Origin: a virus
Taxonomy: Duplodnaviria > Caudoviricetes
Length of the DNA: 47,967 nt
Direction: 5' to 3' (one strand)
IMG/VR virus record: IMGVR_UViG_3300030202_002181
Span: 1-47,967 of that record
In this document: piece by piece, positions 1 through 8,381 of the stretch
How the letters are laid out: the number at the start of each line of letters is the position of its first letter
How positions within the stretch are numbered: the first letter of the stretch is position 1
Position numbers and translations under genes: made by a program
Notes under the pieces: model-generated
What the model was told of the DNA's origin: nothing
Databases searched by the model: none
Seen by the model: only the letters and a program-made list of their open reading frames with translations

Positions 1-217
1 CCATGCGTGCTGCTGCCAATGTTCCAGAGCCTATGTTGGAGGCGTTAGTGGTGTCTGTTGTTGCAGAGGTTGCTAATGATGTTCCGTTGAGTGTTATAGC
101 ATCAGCTTCTAACGTACCATCAACATCTACGTCCCCCGATATATCGAGGCTGGCCGCCGTTACACCTTCAGTAACCACAAGCCCATTCTTTACTACAAAG
201 TCCCTCTTCGTTGCCAT
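1..217 (-). CDS. Tail fibre-like protein, N-terminal part (runs off the left edge; not in the ORF track)
   Basis: Manual translation from ATG 217 gives MATKRDFVVKNGLVVTEGVTAASLDISGDVDVDGTLEADAITLNGTSLATSATTDTTNASNIGSGTLAAARM..., open to position 1. A GGTGA SD lies just upstream, and the N-terminus matches that of the 555-aa fibre. Confidence 0.85.
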   Translation of the reverse strand, partial: MATKRDFVVKNGLVVTEGVTAASLDISGDVDVDGTLEADAITLNGTSLATSATTDTTNASNIGSGTLAAARM

Positions 218-242
218 TGTTTCACCATGATTTCACTGTCCA

Positions 243-2525
243 TCACTTGATTACTTGAGTTGTAACTACGTCGTAGGAGTACGACACCGTGCCCCCGCTG
301 CTGTTTGTAAATTGTAGAGATATATTACTTCCATTTTTCACAGCATCCCAAGATACTAGGGCAGCGTTACCTGATTTAGTTGATACAATCCCGTAGTGTG
401 TTAGATAGATGTCAGTACTTGCTGATGGTGCAGAGGCCCCTTTGTAATTTACAAGTATCTCACCACTCTCAAAGTCAGTACCATCAGTTATCTGATAGAT
501 GAACTTAGCAGTTCTGAATGTACCATATGCATAGGAGAGCACAGTCTGGGTTGCACTATTGGCAACTGATTGCGAGTCTGCAGTGGCTGTGTCCAACACT
601 GCTACAGCATCAACGCTTATCGTACTTCCAAGAACTTGCCCAGCGCTACTGTAGATGACGGCCTTGCTGTTGACTACGGTTCCCGCGCTTGAGCCATCCA
701 ATAGGTTCAGTTCCGCCCCTGTTGATGTAACAGCGGTAGATGCGTAGTTGAAGTTGCCAGCAGCGATGTTGACTTCCCCTGTTCCGTTTGGTGTGAGTGT
801 GATGTCACCGTTAGTGTCGGTGCTAGATATCGTGTTGCCATCGATGGTGATGTTATCTGCCACGAGAGAGCCACCAGTGATGGCGCCTGTCGTCGTGATG
901 GTAGAGGAGCCGTTGTCTATGTTGCCGAAGCCCGATGTTATGGAACCCGAGTTCAAGGCACCGACGGTCGTGAGGCTTGATGTGACAACTCCGGTTCCGA
1001 GGGTGTTGTTGCTTAGCACATCTGTACCTGCAATCTTGAGAGTCTCGCTTGTTGTAGCCAAGTCTATGTCTACGTTTGACTGAAATGCTGTCCTAGCATG
1101 TACGTACTTCCAGTGGATGTTGGTGGCACCAGTTGCGTCTATCTCCATTCCGCTACCATCTGCGTTGGCGATTGAGTCGTTGCCCTTCGAGACAGTAATC
1201 AAGTCGTCTTCCACTGTCAGTTGGGTTGTGGATATGGTAGTGGTGGTACCATTGACTGTTAAATCACCAGCAATAGTGGTGACTGAGCCTGAGCCCGCAC
1301 CTATCGTGACGTCGACGACGCCATCCGTAGCGTGTTGTCCCTCAAGGACCAGTCCTGCTGTGAGTGCTGTGTCGGTACCATCGCTCTCAGCGACTAGCAA
1401 GGACATCTTCCCTGCCTCATCTGAGTTGTCTGCCTCCGATACCTCAACGAGAATCTGCCCGAAGGAGGTCTGGGCCTGTGCCGCATCATCCCCTACGAAT
1501 GTAATCTTACCGACGTCATCATTGTCAGCACCAGCAGCGCCCTTGTCCTTGACGAATTTCAGCTCTGCTGAGGATGTATCGTTGGTAGTATTCTTAATCT
1601 CGACTACTGGCTTACCTGAGGCACTGTCAGAGAAAACTACGGATGGCGAGGTTATTGCCACTCCTGTAGTAGCAGTTATGCCTGATACTGGGCCCACGAT
1701 GTCAATAACAGCATCGGCGTCTATGTCCAACTGACCGTTGGCCGTCGAGTGCACTTTGAGTCCAGAGTCCCTGAATTGGAGTTGCATTGCCGCATTCAGT
1801 AGCAGTCCTGTGTCAGCGACGTGTGTGAGTGTGACGTCGGTGTCAGCACCGAACCCTAGCACAGCGGCATCAGACAGGAGGGTGAGGTCATCACCGACTG
1901 TGACGTCTGCGTTGAAGATAGCCTTGCCTTCCTCGCTACCATCGAGTGTCAGGAACGTGGTATCGCTACCCCCATCAGTTCCCTTGAAGATGATGTCGCT
2001 GTCACTAGCCTGAGCATCAATCGTGATGTTTCCAGTGGTGGTAGCCAGAGTCACAGCAGCGTCTCCAGCAGTCAGGTCATCAGCGGCTAGAGCGGATGCA
2101 GTGCCACCGCCGGATGCGGTGATTTGTAGTATCGAGGCACCAGTGTCGTTCTGAGCATCAGCCGCTATGGTTATCCCAGTGCCAGCCTTCAACTCGAAGG
2201 CAGCAGGACCACCCGTGGCAGCCCTTCGCTCACTCAGTATGGTGATAGTCTGCCCAGTAGCAACGGTTCCAGTCAATGGCCTGCTGAGATAGATATCGTT
2301 GTTGTCTATCTGAGTTACTTTGGTGCCTTTAGACAACTGTGCGTGGGATACGTGGTCGCCAACAGCGAAAGAGCCCGGAGAAGAGGACGATATCTTTAAC
2401 GAGCCCACTAGGTGCTGAGCATCTGTTGTAGCACTACCCTTAGCTACTTGTATGGCATTGAAGGCCTTCGCTCTGGAGGCTGTGCCCCCTTGACCAGTAC
2501 CACCCGGATTACCCATATCAACCAC
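243..2525 (-). CDS. Tail fibre / virion structural protein (760 aa)
   Basis: G/T/S/D/A-rich beta-repeat composition. Shares internal segments and a C-terminal domain with the 804-aa protein. Lies at the distal end of the tail module. Confidence 0.75.
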   Translation of the reverse strand: MVDMGNPGGTGQGGTASRAKAFNAIQVAKGSATTDAQHLVGSLKISSSSPGSFAVGDHVSHAQLSKGTKVTQIDNNDIYLSRPLTGTVATGQTITILSERRAATGGPAAFELKAGTGITIAADAQNDTGASILQITASGGGTASALAADDLTAGDAAVTLATTTGNITIDAQASDSDIIFKGTDGGSDTTFLTLDGSEEGKAIFNADVTVGDDLTLLSDAAVLGFGADTDVTLTHVADTGLLLNAAMQLQFRDSGLKVHSTANGQLDIDADAVIDIVGPVSGITATTGVAITSPSVVFSDSASGKPVVEIKNTTNDTSSAELKFVKDKGAAGADNDDVGKITFVGDDAAQAQTSFGQILVEVSEADNSDEAGKMSLLVAESDGTDTALTAGLVLEGQHATDGVVDVTIGAGSGSVTTIAGDLTVNGTTTTISTTQLTVEDDLITVSKGNDSIANADGSGMEIDATGATNIHWKYVHARTAFQSNVDIDLATTSETLKIAGTDVLSNNTLGTGVVTSSLTTVGALNSGSITSGFGNIDNGSSTITTTGAITGGSLVADNITIDGNTISSTDTNGDITLTPNGTGEVNIAAGNFNYASTAVTSTGAELNLLDGSSAGTVVNSKAVIYSSAGQVLGSTISVDAVAVLDTATADSQSVANSATQTVLSYAYGTFRTAKFIYQITDGTDFESGEILVNYKGASAPSASTDIYLTHYGIVSTKSGNAALVSWDAVKNGSNISLQFTNSSGGTVSYSYDVVTTQVIK

Positions 2526-4185
2526 CAGCTCCGCCTATTGACAGGCCGTTCACGTTCACTGAGTACGTAGTTGTGTCGTTGCTTGTATGAGTGTATTTGC
2601 TAGTGTATTGGAAAACGAGCACCATCGTGTCCTCGGTCGACCCTGCTCCATCCTCTTGCTTCATCCAGACGAATCTACCAAGCTCGACGTCACCAGACTC
2701 GTGCTCCACTATCGTCTCTATGGCACCCGAGGCATTCACCAAACCGTACACCTTGTTCACCACTCTCTTCTGTATGACGTTCGAGGCATTCTTTATCGTG
2801 GCGACGCAGAAGGCCTCTGCCGCTTGGAATATGTCTATTGTTGAGGAGTTGCTTGCGGTTCCAGTGTCGCCTACCGCTAACCCCAGTATATTGACGCATC
2901 CTACATTGTTCGCGTTCGTGCCGAAAGTAACGCTACTTCCGTCTGTGCTAGGTTGCTTCACCCTACCGGACACCTCTGTGACGGAGATAGTCTCGCTGGT
3001 GTAGAAGTTCGTGCCGTCTATGTCTATTACCTTGTGAGTCCCAGATGAATTCCCTGCTACATCGGCTGCGTCAAGCACACCAGTGCTCTCCCGCATCCTA
3101 GCGTGGCCACTGTGAATATAGCCACTAGCAGTGACATTAACCACTCCGTCTATGGAACCTGATAGCGTTGCGTTGCCTGTGACATCAATACCATCTGTTG
3201 CCGTGGCCAACTTGGTGTTGGAGTTGAACTTGAGGTTGATTGCGCCGTCTGCGTCCAGATGCAGGTGAGCCGCTAGGCTACCGCTTCCATCTACGGTGGC
3301 GATGGTAGACTCCCCGTTTGCCGCTGAGGTGATGCTGAGCGTGTCGCCTGATGAGGGAGTCATCACAATTGAGTCATCGGTGATGACTGTGCTACCGACA
3401 GTGAAGTCAGTCGAAGCATCGATTGTAGTACCTACAATAGCAGCGAATGTACCTGCTGCTGCGCTGTTAGCACCAATAGTCGTACCATCTATCGAGCCAC
3501 CATCTATGTTGGCTGTGGTAACTGTACCCAAGTCAGCAATAGTGGTGCCGTTGAATGTCGAGTTCTTACCAAAGACGATTTGCTCACTGCTGTCGGTAGT
3601 TACAAACTTCATGTACGAGTTCGAACCCTCGGTGATGTTGAGCGCGTCTGCTAGATTGTCTGCGAGGGTTATCTTGGATTTGGTTGTGTTAGCGCCGCTG
3701 AAGTCTACGTTGAGGCCAGCACTGGCGGCATCGACACTTATGCTGTCTGCGTTTATGTCACCGACGTTGGTGATGCTGTAGTCACCGAGGCTCAAGTCGC
3801 CACCGAGCGCTGTGATGGTGACTGTGCCAATCGTACCTCCTGAAACCGCATCACCGCTGATTTGGTCGGCTGCAAGAGTCAGTGTACCAGCAGATACGTC
3901 TAGGGTCTTACTGCTCCCTACAGTGATATCTGATGTGGCAATGGTAGCACCGTCTATCGTACCAGCGTCTATGTCGACCTTCGAGATGACCACCGAGCCA
4001 GTGCCGTGAGGAGTGAGATTAATGGCACCATTAGTGTTAGTGGAAGTGATATCGTTGCCATTAATCGTGATATTGTCAATATTTGCCTGTCCGCTGCTAA
4101 GAACAAGGTTTCCGTTAGTCAGCGTAACATGGCCCGAATCCACTACTAATCCTGTTTTTACATGGAAATCGCGTGCTGTACCCAT
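2518..4185 (-). CDS. Tail fibre / virion structural protein (555 aa)
   Basis: Beta-repeat fibre-like sequence (IDGGSIDGTTIG, DNITINGNDITST). AGGTGA SD upstream. Confidence 0.75.
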   Translation of the reverse strand: MGTARDFHVKTGLVVDSGHVTLTNGNLVLSSGQANIDNITINGNDITSTNTNGAINLTPHGTGSVVISKVDIDAGTIDGATIATSDITVGSSKTLDVSAGTLTLAADQISGDAVSGGTIGTVTITALGGDLSLGDYSITNVGDINADSISVDAASAGLNVDFSGANTTKSKITLADNLADALNITEGSNSYMKFVTTDSSEQIVFGKNSTFNGTTIADLGTVTTANIDGGSIDGTTIGANSAAAGTFAAIVGTTIDASTDFTVGSTVITDDSIVMTPSSGDTLSITSAANGESTIATVDGSGSLAAHLHLDADGAINLKFNSNTKLATATDGIDVTGNATLSGSIDGVVNVTASGYIHSGHARMRESTGVLDAADVAGNSSGTHKVIDIDGTNFYTSETISVTEVSGRVKQPSTDGSSVTFGTNANNVGCVNILGLAVGDTGTASNSSTIDIFQAAEAFCVATIKNASNVIQKRVVNKVYGLVNASGAIETIVEHESGDVELGRFVWMKQEDGAGSTEDTMVLVFQYTSKYTHTSNDTTTYSVNVNGLSIGGAGG

Positions 4186-4200
4186 TACTTTTCACCTATT

Positions 4201-6615
4201 CTATATCTCTAAAGCCTGCCATGTTACGCGCACCGTTACGTTCTTACTGTTGACCGTAGGGGTAACCTGCAATTGAATCTTTTGCGTAGCACCGGAACCA
4301 GTGAGTCCGATTTGATACGTTCCTTGTTGTGTGCTATCACTAGTTACTATACCATATGTACTGAGGAAGGCAGCAGTTGCATCTGCATCACTAGCACCAT
4401 TATGAGTAACGACCATTTCAGCGGTTTCAAACACTGAATCAGTAGTGTTTTCAACTGAGACTAGTAATTTAGAGCCCTTAAACTCCCTAGCGTTAAACAA
4501 GTCTATGGTTAGTGCAGTGCTGGTTGAGGAGCTACTTGTATTAACACTAGCAGGCGACCCGAAGCCGACCTTATTGAGGTGTAGGTCTGCTAGCGGTGTC
4601 GCTTGGTTGATACCAACGAAGTTGTTGGTCGAGTCAGTCTTGATAAGGCTGGTATCCACTACTAAATCAACAGTGTTGACCGTATCCAAGAACCCAGTTG
4701 CCCATCTGACCGTATCACTACCGAAGTTTTTGCTACTGTCAGCGCTTGGGAAAAGATGCTGGTTGAATGTCCACGAGTCCGTGCTATCGGTGAATACTAT
4801 GCTCTTATCGCTGTCGGATGACTTGAGGATGATTCCACCACCATCAACTGCTGCATCGTTACCCTCAGAGCCACTAGGAGAGTGTGCGAGTTCGATGAGT
4901 TTGTCATCAATTGTGAGGGTAGTAGAATTGACAGTTGTCGTTGCACCGTTGACAGTTAATGTTCCTGTCACAATCAAATCTTGATTGACGGTTAAATTAC
5001 CAGCAGGTCCGATGCTTGTGATTCCTGCTTGATTTGCGTCTAGATTCAGTGCACCGCTAGAAGCAGAGATTCCTGTACCAGCCATCGCTGTAGCCAAATC
5101 CGCAACTGTGTCCTTCTTGGAGGAATTGTCATCCGCATCTATGAAGACTATGGAGTCCGCTGCTACGTTTATTGTCCCTGCCGATAGGTCATTAAGGCTA
5201 AATTGAGCGTTTACATTTGACATTTGTATGGCTGTTGCATTGAACTTGAGCACGTCGTTACCATCGTCATACCACAGGGTTCTAGCGTCTGGACCTGATG
5301 AAGCAGGGTTGCTTGTCACACTGGCTTTGAAAGAAACACCACTGGGACCACTGAGAAGCCCGGTCATGGTGAGATTGGGGGTATTGAGTGTGTTGCCCCC
5401 TGAGAAAGTTAAGTCTGTATCATTGGTGAAAGCAGCACTACCATCGCTCAGTTGGACAGCCCCCGCTGAGCCACTTGCCGTTGAGGTCGTTGTGGATGAG
5501 GCGAATATCTTTACCCACGCAGAGCCAGTATACACGAATATGGCGCTAGAACTAGGCCCAACGTCTCCGGCGGTAGCACCGCCATTACTCAGACCACTGG
5601 GGTCGAAAATTACTTTGTGAGTGCTAGTCTGTGCGTTATTCACGATAATCATGTGACTTGGTGGGAACGTTCCTGAGGGGGTGATGTTAATGTCTCCACT
5701 TGCTGGTGTTGCGTTGAATATGTTTGGGCCATCGAACCTGACTGTCTGTGCGGTGTTCAGCACACTGATTTTGTTAGGCCCTAACCTATGGGTCCTCCTG
5801 CTACCGCCTTGCTTACCGCTGAAGTAGAGGACGTGGTCTCCGTCAGTACCATCGGTGCCGAAACTGTACGACTGCCATAACGCACCGAAATTAGAGGCAG
5901 AGAATCCACCTACCTCGTCACCACCACCGTGCATGCCGTCCAAGTCCGCAGCGGAGTCCATCCTGTTGCTTTGGTTGCCTACGGAGCCACTGGTCATCGG
6001 ACTCAGGTAGATTGGCGAAGGCCGGATGAAGGTGCGCATGTCGAAGACCTCGGTGACTTCTAGATTCAGGTCTCCAGCGCTGCTATTGTGTTGGCACTTC
6101 ACGACTGCGAGCACGGTGCTCTGCTTGGAGGATAAGGTTAGGCCGCCATTCAATCCGCTGGTATCCCCAAGGAAACTCTCAGGAGTGACGGGGAACCCGC
6201 TACTGACTGCACTACCTTGTTCTATCTGAATGTAATTGGTGTTCGCATTACTGCAAACATATACCACTAGGAGGCAAGACTCTCCGCTAGAGAGAGCGCT
6301 GGTTGAACCCTCTATGGTGCTTTGTTGTAATGTGATTGTGGTAGTGGCACCTGAGTTGATATTACCAAACGGGACAATCATTCCGTCCAAGACAGCGAAA
6401 CCACCTCTCACGATTATTGAGTTAGTGCCGTTGTCTGTAACTAGCCCCGGTGTGGTCGCCTTAGCGTTCCTATTACTGTCACCAGTTGCCGTGTCCTCAT
6501 ACATCAGTATGCCATTGCCGTGCACACCCTCGAAGAGGTTGGTTATCGAGGGTGATAGGATATAGTCGCCGTCAGTGAGAGCCTGTGTATGTCCAGACTT
6601 TGCGTTTTCACCCAT
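4201..6615 (-). CDS. Tail fibre / baseplate-attached structural protein (804 aa)
   Basis: Globular N-terminus (IIVRGGFAVLDGMIV resembles baseplate-attachment regions), then fibre repeats (LTVNGATTTVNSTTLTIDDKLIEL) and a C-terminal domain paralogous to the 760-aa protein. Confidence 0.75.
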   Translation of the reverse strand: MGENAKSGHTQALTDGDYILSPSITNLFEGVHGNGILMYEDTATGDSNRNAKATTPGLVTDNGTNSIIVRGGFAVLDGMIVPFGNINSGATTTITLQQSTIEGSTSALSSGESCLLVVYVCSNANTNYIQIEQGSAVSSGFPVTPESFLGDTSGLNGGLTLSSKQSTVLAVVKCQHNSSAGDLNLEVTEVFDMRTFIRPSPIYLSPMTSGSVGNQSNRMDSAADLDGMHGGGDEVGGFSASNFGALWQSYSFGTDGTDGDHVLYFSGKQGGSRRTHRLGPNKISVLNTAQTVRFDGPNIFNATPASGDINITPSGTFPPSHMIIVNNAQTSTHKVIFDPSGLSNGGATAGDVGPSSSAIFVYTGSAWVKIFASSTTTSTASGSAGAVQLSDGSAAFTNDTDLTFSGGNTLNTPNLTMTGLLSGPSGVSFKASVTSNPASSGPDARTLWYDDGNDVLKFNATAIQMSNVNAQFSLNDLSAGTINVAADSIVFIDADDNSSKKDTVADLATAMAGTGISASSGALNLDANQAGITSIGPAGNLTVNQDLIVTGTLTVNGATTTVNSTTLTIDDKLIELAHSPSGSEGNDAAVDGGGIILKSSDSDKSIVFTDSTDSWTFNQHLFPSADSSKNFGSDTVRWATGFLDTVNTVDLVVDTSLIKTDSTNNFVGINQATPLADLHLNKVGFGSPASVNTSSSSTSTALTIDLFNAREFKGSKLLVSVENTTDSVFETAEMVVTHNGASDADATAAFLSTYGIVTSDSTQQGTYQIGLTGSGATQKIQLQVTPTVNSKNVTVRVTWQALEI

Positions 6616-6619
6616 GCTA

Positions 6620-6964
6620 TCACTTGACCTCCACTACGAGTTGGAATATAATTTCATTTGTGGTTGTCTTCTTAATAGGCCTGAATACGTGCCTTGAGAT
6701 TGGTGTAAAGTCACTTGTGCCCCTCAACTGTATGTACACTTCTTTGAGTGTCTCGTTGAAACTTTCAGAGACTGGTAGTGAGCCCTCGACTAGGAGGGTG
6801 GAGTTATCCATTATCCTGACAGTGGGTGTGACCGTTACAGCAGGTCTGCCCGCTGCACCATCAGATGAAGTGGCTGGTGTACTGTCAAACCCTATGACCA
6901 TCTCATTGATGTTGTCAGCGATAGTCTCTATCATCAGTCGCTTTAGATGGTCATTTGCTGGCAT
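6620..6964 (-). CDS. Small baseplate / fibre-attachment protein (114 aa)
   Basis: The pattern ESFNETLKEVYI...ISRHVFRPIKKTTTNEIIFQLVVEV resembles the N-terminal attachment domains of tail-collar fibre proteins. Position fits. Confidence 0.55.
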   Translation of the reverse strand: MPANDHLKRLMIETIADNINEMVIGFDSTPATSSDGAAGRPAVTVTPTVRIMDNSTLLVEGSLPVSESFNETLKEVYIQLRGTSDFTPISRHVFRPIKKTTTNEIIFQLVVEVK

Positions 6965-8381
6965 ATTCTATTCCCTCCGTTTCTGTGATTGTGACTCCTT
7001 CATCTTTCGCCATGCCTATGACTTTGTTGTTGCCACCTAACCTCCCCCTATCGCTATTTCGGCCAATAAGGAACCCAGACTCATTGGTTGTGTACACTAT
7101 GACAGTTGGTGTTATGATAACCTCCATGGCATCGAAGAAGGAGAAGTTCTCTGATAAGATTTGATTTGTCTTATCTGGATTTGATAGGGAGGAGGTAGTT
7201 ATGCTACCCTCCCTGATGTTCTGTAAGACACCCTCAAGACCCGACTCCACATTGAGGAAAGTAAAGTTGCTCAGTCCGTTTATGGTGTGTCTGCACTCCA
7301 ACACAGCCAACCTCTGTCCTTCGTACTCTACTACATCACCGGGCCTTAGCTCCCAAGCATTGGGGTGCCCTTGGCTGCTTATCTTGCCTGTTAGAGTTGA
7401 ATTGGCCCTGAGTATCTGTCTCGCAACTGTCTTCGCTCTTGTTAGGTTCGTGATTGATGCGTCGAACAGGGGTCTGGTATTCTCTATGACATCGACATCA
7501 TTGAGACCCTGTTGCTTGCTTCTGTCATCCATGGTGAACAATAGCTCCTCATTGACGGCTATAGGAATACCCTTGACGGTGATTCTATTCTCCACGTTCT
7601 CAATCGGTGTTGTGTCTTTGTTGCCGAATCTCAGGTTGTAGATTATGCTTCTAGTTACATCTGCATGATTGAAGGGCACGTAATTTAGATTGCCGAATCT
7701 GTCTAGTTTCACAACTCTGTTGTCGTGTCTGGATATGTATCTTAGTGCTGTTACTAGGTTTACACCGTTGAAATCAGCAGCCAAGAATGTGTTACTGCTC
7801 TTACGTCTATTAGCCCCCATCTTTGTTACGGTGGTAGGGGAGCCTATTGTCACAGCATTCAGGGAGTCAGTGATTGACTCACCTACCCTGATTGCCAAGT
7901 CGGTGGTGCGCAAGCCTATGTCGATGCCTTGTCCGAGTCTGACCCTTGTGTCATCAAAGCCTAAGTCCTTCAGTGTGACACCCCTCATGTTACGCATGTC
8001 TGCCCTGAGGCCAGATGTAGTGCTTGCCGTGGTGCTTGTAAGAATCCTCTTCTTCTGGTCACTCTCACTGAAGAGTAGTTTGGTGATGCTGTTCTTACCT
8101 TTACTGGAGAACACGTCCGACTTTAGTGTATGACCATCCGTTTCTGTGTGAGTGAGCAATATGGTAGACTCAGATTCTGTGAATGAGTATGTCCTCTCAG
8201 ATGCAATCTCGTAGTTGTCGGCATTGACTGCCTCAATCGTGACAAGGGACTTCGCGTTGCTCTTGGGTTGGACCTTCGCATAATGCGCAGCATTGTCGAC
8301 GAATACGGGCTGTCTCAAGTCGTTCATGACATCAGTGAGAGTGCTGTCGAACCTACCTTTCGAGGACTGTATCAAACCCAT
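6951..8381 (-). CDS. Putative baseplate hub / tail-tip protein (~476 aa)
   Basis: LVTALRYISRHDNRVVKLDRFGNLNYVP, ENRITVKG, AKTVARQIL and WELRPGDVVEY follow the layout of hub (gp27/Tal-like) proteins. ATG 8381 overlaps the upstream TGA (TGATG). Confidence 0.6.
   Translation of the reverse strand: MGLIQSSKGRFDSTLTDVMNDLRQPVFVDNAAHYAKVQPKSNAKSLVTIEAVNADNYEIASERTYSFTESESTILLTHTETDGHTLKSDVFSSKGKNSITKLLFSESDQKKRILTSTTASTTSGLRADMRNMRGVTLKDLGFDDTRVRLGQGIDIGLRTTDLAIRVGESITDSLNAVTIGSPTTVTKMGANRRKSSNTFLAADFNGVNLVTALRYISRHDNRVVKLDRFGNLNYVPFNHADVTRSIIYNLRFGNKDTTPIENVENRITVKGIPIAVNEELLFTMDDRSKQQGLNDVDVIENTRPLFDASITNLTRAKTVARQILRANSTLTGKISSQGHPNAWELRPGDVVEYEGQRLAVLECRHTINGLSNFTFLNVESGLEGVLQNIREGSITTSSLSNPDKTNQILSENFSFFDAMEVIITPTVIVYTTNESGFLIGRNSDRGRLGGNNKVIGMAKDEGVTITETEGIEYASK

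Noticed and set aside
243-6615. Diversity-generating retroelement or invertible cassette acting on fibre tips
   Set aside because: No reverse transcriptase or invertase, and no near-identical template/variable repeat pair or inverted crossover sites were seen; paralog similarity is protein-level only.
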